Shown: piece after piece, positions 53,531-64,000 of the stretch
Layout of the letters: every line of letters starts with the position of its first letter
Position numbering within the stretch: the stretch's first letter is position 1
NCBI RefSeq assembly: GCF_009914755.1
Contig: NC_060939.1
Direction: 5' to 3' (one strand)
DNA: 64,000 nt
Source: the human T2T-CHM13v2.0 reference genome, Homo sapiens
Notes under the pieces: model-generated
Database searches by the model: none
The model's input: only the letters and a program-made list of their open reading frames with translations
What the model was told of the DNA's origin: nothing
Position numbers and translations under genes: made by a program

Positions 53531-53935
53531 TGTTGTGCCAGATCCCTACTGACTCCAGTAGCGATGGCAACATGTCTAAGAGCTGGAGCCAGCGAATGAG
53601 ACCTAGGGTTTATTGGGGCACTTCCAGTGGTGGCAAACTAGACAGGAAGATTGCTACCATTTGTAAAAAGCAGACAGTTTATGTAGCATTTTCACTTAGC
53701 ACCCTCCACCTAGCAACCTCTATTTAACCCAGAACAAAGGGCTCCTATCCCCTGTACAGTCTGCATTCCAAGGGATGGGCCAGGGGTTCGGATGTCCTTC
53801 ATGGATAAGGAGTGAATCTCCAAATTGGCCACTCCTGGATTCCTTAACTCAGAACTCTGCCAACACTCTTCTTAGACCATAGGACCATTCCCAGGGTAAG
53901 CGCCAGTGATGGCTGTCAGATGCCTCCGTCATACA
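53531..53935 (-). mobile_element. Probable ERV1-class solo LTR
   Basis: TG...CA termini, reverse poly(A) signal gtttattg at ~53608, ~400 bp. No clear TSD. Confidence 0.55.
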
Positions 53936-54721
53936 TAGAGGTGACTCACATACCCTGGTGTTCTGTGACTGTGCCGCTGGTGTTTGTGACCAGCACCCCA
54001 GAGGAGCTCCGAGGTGGGTCCTGGCATACCTGCTAACTCACCTCCTTCCTGACCTGCATGTGGCCCCACTCAGGGCTTGTTTCTCTTTTTCCAGAAGGTT
54101 AATTAATTAATACATAATGTCCAAATTGAAAAAAATAAATATTTCCACCATTTTGTCACGTACATTTTGGAATGACATTATAGAATGCTGTTATAGAATG
54201 CCATCTCAGGAGTTCAAAGTCAAGGTGGCAATGACGGAGTCATTTCCTAAAGGCTTGGGAGGGAAGCACAGAAGAGAATTCAAAGTCTTACCTTAAAGCC
54301 TTTGGATAGCGACATGAGCGCAGCATTCCAGTTCACAGCCAGGTTCTGCCCAGGGCCCTCTGCCCCCTCCTCCATCACTGACCTTTCCTGTTTGCCCTTC
54401 AGCCTGATGGGGCTTGGCACCCCTAAAGCAGTGGGTGCCTTGGCCACAAAGCACCTGCTACACGGCGGACCAGAATAGCAACATGCGTGCCAGGAATAAC
54501 TGTGAGCACGGACAAAGCAGAAAAGGGCCCGGGGTTTATTTCAGGAGCTTGGGGGAGGAGCCATAAAACAGACTCAAATGAGCCCTCACCCCCAGACCAT
54601 CAAAACCACTTTTAAAGCATTTTCCTCCAGGGGACAGGGTTGGTTACTCTTATTCCATCTCCCCTGGGTAGAAATTCTCCTCATGGTGGCAGTGCTGAGG
54701 CTCTTACAAAAGGATTTTTAA

Positions 54722-56204
<1,483 letters not shown>

Positions 56205-58535
56205 GTATCGTTGCTCATTCCTATTTTCCGGTAGGAAATGTATGGGTCAGGCGTGTTCCTCCAACTGCTTGCTCGTGACAAAGGAGAATAAACTGCTGGG
56301 CTTTATTTGATAATAAACAAAGCATCAAGCCCAACCTTCCAATTTTATTACTGTTGGGTGTAGCACAAGTAGGTTATGGATTCCAGATTATGAATTACTG
56401 ATCAAAAACTGCAGTAAAATCTAGAACTACAGAATTAACTCACTGGTTAAGATACTAGATTTGAAAGGAGAAATAAATAATTGGTTGGCTACAGGCAACT
56501 TACTTTTTTTCTCCTGGGTGAGAAGAATAAAACATGAAAAACCCTGATGTGGACACAGCACGTGGCCAACCAGGGGTCTCTTCTTCCACGGTGCTCACCA
56601 TGCAGGTGTCCAGCTCTCACCTCACTGCTTAGGGCAAAGCATTTTCTGCAAACGTGGGAACTCTGATAGCAGCTGTTCCTTGGACTGGCAGGAAATATTC
56701 TACGCTTCACTGGTTCCCACCCCTGAACCAGTCTCTGAGGTGCTCCTGCTGGTCCTGGGAGGTCAACAGCAGACAGGCTGGGGCTCCCGCCTCTCCTCCT
56801 CCAGAACTCCTCCTTCCGTTCTGCTGCCGAAGTGCTCAGGTGAGGGCTGCTGAGCTCATCAGAGCAGGGGACACGTGGCTCAAACACCCTCATCCACCCC
56901 ACAGAGAACTCCAGTTCCAGTGGCTGGGATGAGTTATGGAAACCTGGAAAGTCAAAAACACAGAGCACAAATCTGGAACTGATGAGTGTTGGGACTTTGT
57001 TGAGACAGTCCGTGGAGGAAGGCGAGCTAGCACAGTGGGAGCCATCAGTGGCCTCATGCTGCCCAGCTCTAAGGGCTGGGAGGCAGGGACAGACTTGAGT
57101 GCAGGAGGGCCATGCTGTCTCCTGCAGTAAAGCCTGGTGGGGACGAGGACTGCTCTGGTCACATTTCCTTCCCTTCATGGCCCCTGCACTGTTTGTGACA
57201 ATAGGGTGGACACGAAGGGGCCATGGAGGATGGTGCCCGCCTAGCTCTGATGACCTGAGGGCTGGCCAGCACCACCAGCTACTGATGAATGGCCCCTGGT
57301 CACTTCTGGCTTCCTGTCCCTCTGCTGGCTTGTCCAGGACAAGTGCAGATTTAGGGACTCGGCCAAGTTACCCTGCAGCCTGGCTTGGCTCCTTTCTCCC
57401 TGTGTGACCCTGGGCAGATGATCTTATCCCTTCTGAGCCTCATCCACAAAGCTGCATTGGTGATCCTCCCCGTCAAGGATGTGAGAGTGGCCAGGCTGTG
57501 TCACGACAGCCCTGGGCTCACTGTAGGAGCCCCCAGACCCAGGGGAAAGTGGCCACCGCCCTGGCTCTTATTGTCCCTGTTCCTTCTTGTCACAGCAGCG
57601 CCTATGCTAACTTTCCTGCCTTCTGTACCACTAAGGGAGGACACTGGGCTGTGTTATTCCTGGACAAATCCACAACACTTAGTGAGCCCAGCACAAAGCA
57701 GTCCTCAGGCAGTTTGTGGAAGGAGTGCACGTCCTATCTGCTGGGGTGCCCCTTTGTCCCCTTCTCTGTCTGAGTAGATCAGGGCCCTGTGCAGCCCTCA
57801 CCTCCACTGAGAAGTCTTCCTTCCTGGGCAGTCCCTGCCTGGGGCAGAGCTGAGCCCTGGTGCTTTGTGGAGCTCCTCCCAGGGCACTCCCAGACACTCC
57901 CTGGGAATTGCATGGCAGGGAGTCACCTCTGTTCCCCGGGCAAGGGGCATGCCCAGGCTCAGGCTGCTTACCCAGCTCACCTGGGCGCAGAGGAAGTCTT
58001 CTCTTCTGCACCAAAGGAAAGGGTGCTAATCACACCATCGACTGAGCCTTCAAAGGCACAGGGGCAAATCAAGATCCTGGCACCCAGACACCAAACACCT
58101 GAGGGAGGAGAGGAGGCACAGGTGAGGCTGACCAGGACAGAGGGCAGAATGTGAGCTCCACCTCCAAGAGGAAGGGAGTAGGAGGAGGCATGAGACAGGG
58201 GAGGCTCCTGGGAGGAGGAACACATGGCGCAGGCCTGTGCAAACATGCCATGGGGCATGGCGGGATTCTGTGCTTCCATGCATGTGCCTAACTCAGATGT
58301 GGAAAACCCCATGTGCAAGGAACAGACAGCTACTTGGGCTGCTCCAGGTACGTTTGTGGGGGCTACTGCATGGGCACCAGAAAAATGGACGTGGTATGGT
58401 CCTGTCTCAGGTAACTGAATCCATTTGCTGGTGGAATGGAAAACCATGCAACCTGTTTAGATCACTGTTTGGCAATTTCTAATAAAGTTAAGTACACACT
58501 TCTCATCCTGTGACCCAGCAATTTTACTCTATGTA

Positions 58536-59115
58536 TTTTTTTTTTCTTTTTTTTTTTTTGAGACGGAGTCTTGCTCTGTAGCCCAAGCTGGACCTTTGCC
58601 TCTGGGTCTCAAGCCATTCTCGTGCCTCAGCTTCCCCCGTCGCTGGGATTACAGGCGTGGGCCACCATGCCCGGCTAATTTTTTTTTCTTTGAGACGGAG
58701 TCTTGCTCTGTCGCCCAGGCTGGAGTGCAGTGGCACAATCTGGGCTCACCGCAACCTCCGCCTCCCAGGTCAAGCAGTTCTCTGCCTCAGCCTCCTGAGT
58801 AGCTGGGATTACAGGGGCCCACTGCTACGCCCAGCTAATTTTCGTATTTTTAGTAGAGACGGGGGTTTCACCATCTTGGCCAGGCTGGTCTTAAACTCCT
58901 GATCTCGTGATCCACCTGCCTTGGCCTCCCAAAGTGCTGGGATTACAGGCGTGAGCCACCGCGCCTGGCCCCGGCTAATTTTTTTGTATTTTAGTAGAGA
59001 TGGGGTTTCACCATGCTGCTCAGGGTGGTCTGGAACTCCTGAGCTCAGGTGATCCACCCGCCTCAGCCTCCCAAAAGTGTAGGGATTACAGGTGAGAGAG
59101 CCTCCGCGTCCGGCC
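58536..59115 (-). mobile_element. Alu nested in the mid A-rich linker of another Alu
   Basis: Outer TSD actctatgtattt at 58526-58538 and 59117-59129. Inner duplication cccggctaattttttt at ~58670 and ~58970. Confidence 0.92.
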
Positions 59116-59124
59116 CACTCTATG

Positions 59125-59600
59125 TATTTATCCAGAAGAACTGAAAGCCTGTGTCTACCAAATGCTCACAAATGTTCATAGCAGCTTTATTCCCAAACTG
59201 GAAATAACCCAAATGTCCATTAATAAGAAAACAAACACAAATGGTGGTGTGGCCAATGCAATAGGAGACTATTCATCAAAAAACATTACAAACTGCTGAA
59301 ACCCACAACAATCGCAATGAATCTCAGAAACCTCAGGTTGAGCAAATGAAAACTGACTAGAAATGGCACATGCTGCATGAGGTTTATACAGAATAAATCT
59401 AAAGTGAGCACACCTGTGCAATCGCTGCTTCTGAGGGCAGGGGGCAGTGGGAAGGGCAGGAGGGTCTCAGGGGTGGTGGGAATGTTCTGTATCTTGGCTG
59501 TGATGATGACCTGGGGGGTGTCTTTGCCAAAATTAATCAGAGTATACTTTGATATTTGTGTATTTTACTGTATATAAAATACACCTCAATAAAATTAATT
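59125..59600 (+). mobile_element. Old L1 (L1ME/MC-like) 3' end
   Basis: aatgttcatagcagctttattcccaaactggaaataacccaaatgtccat...tacacctcaataaaa. Confidence 0.8.
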
Positions 59601-60372
59601 TTATTGGAAAACACTGCAGATTTGAAGGTGAAATTTCTTACTTAGGTAGCCATATTGTAGACTCACAGCAGTGCATCAGGTTTTCCAGAATTCCAGAGCC
59701 ACCTGACAGGTATGGAGCTCCTTGACTAAACGTGAGCCAGGCCCCCTGGAGAAAAGTCCCTGGAGAAGGGACCCGGCCATGTTACCCCAGATGCCTACTG
59801 CCCATGAGCCTGTGGCTTTTCTCTAGGGTGACTGTGCCCTGGGGCAAAAAGAGTTGTTCTAACAAATGTCTCCTCCTGAATTACGGCAGGGGAAAGGAAC
59901 GCCTTGATAATCTGGTGATTACCTGGCACTGGCTCTGAGATGTCACCGATCTGGGGGACTTCAAGACACTACCATGGCCCAGCAGTCAAAGTGGGGGCTT
60001 ATGGAGGTCAGATGATAAAAAGTGTTTGGTCCCAGGTGTGAATTTCCATGGGACGGTGTCTGCGGGCTCTCCAGGGGTCATGTCTCCCATTTCTGAATGT
60101 ACAATTGAAATAGTTCCACTCGGCAACCAGCAGAGCCCCCACAGAGCCCCCACATTGGCTCTTCTGCCACGGAGTGAATGCCATTTTGGTAGAAAGTGGA
60201 AAGAAAGGGAAAGTGGAAAGAAAGGGAATTTTCCCTCCCTACTTCAATAGTAAATCAAAAGTAATTAACCCCACATCCTAGGGGAGTTGCAGAGATTAGT
60301 GCCGCTATCAACTACTGGAGAGATTTCAGGGTGCAAGTTCCTATTATGTCTCTGCTTCCCTGGCCTGCTTAA

Positions 60373-60774
<402 letters not shown>

Positions 60775-61054
60775 TGAAGCTTCTTCATTGGGAGCCACAG
60801 TTGCAGCCCCGCAGCACTGAGAGTTGGCTCTTAATCTCTATGTCAATTTCCAGGAACACCAGAAACAGTCTGCTCGTGTCTAGGGCACCCACAGCACCCC
60901 TTCCCAGTTTGCCTCAGGGTTATGCCAGTTTTCCTGCTCTCTCTGCCATGATAGCATCCACAGAGATGCCACAGAAAACCATAGTGGGCCACACCATTGA
61001 CACTATGCTGATTGGTCCTGATGGGACGGGAGTAGCAAGTACATTAGGATCCTT

Positions 61055-62102
61055 TGTTTCGGGATCTTTGGGGAGTTGATTGGTGTTGATTTTCTTCCTG
61101 GAAACCTCCATGGCGTCTTTGTCCGAGTTCTCATCCTGCATCTGGGAAGAATGAGGTACGCAGACAAGTGAAGGGTGAAGAAGACGAAGAACTTTATTTA
61201 GTATTAGAACAGCTCAGAGAAGACCCACAGTGAGTAGCTCCTCTCTGCAGTTGGTCATCCCATCATCTCTCCGGCCTCTGGCTGACCGTCCTCTGTCCTG
61301 CTCTGGCTGAGAGCAGGGCTGTTATGGACCTCAGAGGGGAGGAAGTGCATGCTGACTGGTCCACTGGTGGCCATGGGTGGGCCAGAGGAGGCACCACGAG
61401 TCCCCACTCTGGTCCGTGGGACTGGTAGCCCGGCCCCAGCCTTCAGGCCCTCCTTGACCTGAAGGTGGGGTCTTACAGGGACCCCCCGCCCCCGACTTCT
61501 GCCCAGGCCTTCCGTTGCCATTCGTGGCCCCAGGGCTTGGCCCCAACCCGGCTTCGAGATTGGAGCAGGTGCCAGAGAGGAGAGGGGCCAGGCAGTGGAA
61601 GCAGACACCCCTGAGCCTGCAGGGATGGAGGATGGGGGCCGAGGCTACAGGCTGCAGAGATGCCCCCGTCCAGCACCTGGGAGGGCTGCAGCTGCACCTG
61701 GAGAGCTCCCGCCCCACCAACTTGGAAGGGGCGGGGGTCCTGCTTGTCCCTAGCGCCTTCCTGCTCTGTGGAGCAGGAGGGCCAGGTCTGCAGCCGCCGC
61801 TCAGGCAGCTGCACCCAGGAGGGCAGCTCCTACCTGCTCCTGCCCCCCTCCAAGAGCACAGGGAGGCTTGGAAGCACAGCTACAGTTTGGACGGCTGTAG
61901 CCTTGTCCAGGAGGGCGGGGCTCCTGCCTTCTTCGAAGCACAGGAGGCCTGGGTCTGCAGCTGTGGGTTGGGCGGCCACAGCGACTTTCAGGGAGCTTCT
62001 GCCCCAACTCAGAAACGCAGGGCTCCCACCAGCTCCATGGAGTGTGCAGCCCCAGCCACCTCCCTTCTGCAGCCAGTGTGATGGCAGCAGCCACTGCCAT
62101 CA
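61055..62102 (-). mobile_element. MER52-family (ERV1) GC-rich solo LTR
   Basis: Characteristic terminus tgatggcagcagccactgccatca and gtccaggagtt-like/gtacgcagacaagtgaagggtga block. Perfect 4-bp TSD cctt at 61051-61054 and 62103-62106. Confidence 0.88.
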
Positions 62103-63014
62103 CCTTGGTAAGACACAAAAGTAGGAGATGAACCCCATAAATGCTCAGGGGCTCACCCACTTGGTGAAGTGGCTGAGGATCCTGTGGAGCATTTCAGGAC
62201 ACCCCAAGAAAGTGAAAGATAAGAGGTCATACCCCAAAATGAGGCATGATGCTTGCTGAGACTTTTTGCATTTTGAAGGCATCCTATACATGATTTGGGG
62301 GTGCTATCCCAATGCATTGACCAGGGTGACTTTGAGACTACCAGTTGCAGGTGGGGTCCCCTGGGCCTCATCACCCAACAGATTCAGTGGTGCTCAAGTG
62401 TTTGTGGCCAACAGCAACATAGCAGAGAGCTCCAGGAGGTGAACTGTAGTATTGAACTCCATATTCTGGAGCAAACCCATGCCTTCTTCTATATATACAT
62501 TCTGCTTTCTAAAAAGCAGCTCCTGGCGTACCCCTGGGTCCTGGTAAGGACTGAACAGATGACCGGGGACATCAGCTGACTCTGCAATACTAAGCTGGCC
62601 ATCAAATACTGGGTGTTACTTGACCCGCCCATCCATAAGGTTGGGCACATGCAGCTGTAAGCTGTCATCAAGTGAAGATCGGGTATGAGAGGATGGGTTG
62701 GAGAAAATCCAGAAGGCACGTGTCAGTGTGTGAACAGGTGGCTGAGACCCCTGTGACATGCACTCCTGCTTGTGTTGACTCCTCTCTCAATCTGTCTGTG
62801 GCTCACAGAAACTCCCGTGACCAAATGGCTGAGACCAGCCTTCAGATGGTTATCTGGGATAGTGGGTACCAGCTGAGAGTGGGCCCTGGGAATTCTGGAG
62901 TGTCCTTGGAAGATGGCAGGGAAGGGAAATTGTCCCAGTGGATGGCGCTTGAACAGAACAAATGGCTCTCGCTTTTCTGGACCGAAAGACAGCCAGAAGA
63001 ATTAACCTACACTA

Positions 63015-63755
63015 GTGATTCTCAGCAGTGGGTGCTCTCCAGTTCCAGTCCCCAGGGACATTTGGCAATGTCTGGAGACATTTTCGATTGCCATAACTAG
63101 GTGGGGGTGCTACTGGCATCCAGTGAGTGGAGGTCAGTATATTAGTCATGGTTCTCCAGAGAAGCATAACCAATGGAATATAGAGAGATACACAAAAACA
63201 ACAGATTTATTATGAGGGGTTTGGTTACGTGATTGTGGAGGCCAAGAAGTCCCATGAGCTGCACCTGCAAGCTGGAGGCCCAGGAAAGCCCCTGATGTAG
63301 CATCAGTCTGAACCCAAAGCTCTGAGAACCAAGGAGGCCAATGGTGTAAGTCTGGTCTCAGTCTGAGGGCTGGAGAGCCAGCAGAAGGGCAGGAGAAGAT
63401 TGATGTTTCAGTTCAAGCAGAGAGTGTAAACTCAACCTTCCTCTAGGGGCCTTTTTGTTCTATGTGGGCCCTTAACGATTTGGATGAGGCCCACCCACAT
63501 TGCTGAGAGCCATCTTTACTCAGTCTATGGATTCAAATGCTAACTTCTTCTGTAAACACCCTCACACACACCCAGAGATAATGGCTTACCAGCTAGCTGG
63601 GCATCCCTTAACCCAGTCAAGTTGACACGTAAAACTAACCACCACAGTCAGCTAGTGATGCTGCTGAACATCTTACAATGCACACAGGACTGTTCCCTAC
63701 AGAAAAGAATGATCTGTCCCCAAATTTCAATAGTGCCACTATTGAAAAACCATGA
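63015..63755. mobile_element. MER20 hAT-Charlie element split by an MLT2 LTR
   Basis: cagggacatttggcaatgtctggagacatttt...tgctactggcatccagtg, resuming gatgctgctgaacatcttacaatgcac...aatagtgcc. Confidence 0.88.
63138..63646 (-). mobile_element. MLT2 solo LTR
   Basis: Runs tattagtcatggttctccagagaa...aagttgacacgtaaaactaaccaccaca. Perfect TSD gtcag at 63133-63137 and 63647-63651. Confidence 0.9.
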
Positions 63756-64000
63756 TTTACACTGATTCATGGGCAGGTGAAAACAATTTGACTAGATGCT
63801 CAGGAACTTGGAAAGAACAGGATTCCAAGGTTGGTGACAAGGAAGCATGGTAACAGATGTATGTACGGGAAGGTGGAGTAGGATGTATGTGGATGGATCG
63901 CTCAGAAGGTGTAGAGAGACTGGAAATATTTGGGTGGCATGTTTATGCTCACCAGGAGCTCCCTGTGCAGAGGAGGCTCTTGAGACTCAGGTGGACAAGA

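Noticed and set aside
56489-57178. 229-aa ORF on the - strand, the longest in the window
   Set aside because: No recognisable domain or coding-like composition, and no supporting splice structure. I cannot exclude a lncRNA exon.
62079-62102. Hairpin TGATGGCAG-cagcca-CTGCCATCA
   Set aside because: To my knowledge this is a normal feature of the MER52 terminus, not an RNA gene.
61515-62124. 188-aa and 154-aa ORFs
   Set aside because: They lie within the GC-rich MER52 LTR.

Overview
Human/primate genomic DNA that is mostly interspersed repeats: old L1 fragments, about 30 Alus, MaLR/ERVL/ERV1 LTRs and DNA transposon relics. No complete protein-coding gene is visible. There are two processed pseudogenes, each with target-site duplications (TSDs): UBE2C on + at 12237-13293 and REXO4 on - at 44944-46607. 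A repeat-poor, GC-rich block (about 25.9-35 kb) holds a CpG island (about 32950-33665) and a candidate stand-alone terminal exon at 27717-~28020 (phase-1 acceptor, 88 open codons, stop, AATAAA 9 nt later). From memory rather than a search, this pseudogene pair suggests human 15q13.3 between KLF13 and OTUD7A. If so, the exon would be the distal alternative last exon of KLF13, replacing zinc fingers 2-3. I found no evidence for a wholly new biological system. The best leads are that exon, the near-intact UBE2C retrocopy, the templated-looking deletion junction in the REXO4 retrocopy, a ~330-bp self-complementary TA/CG repeat, closely spaced inverted Alus and several multi-layer nested insertions. 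Repeat subfamily names are by eye, and boundaries without a TSD are approximate.
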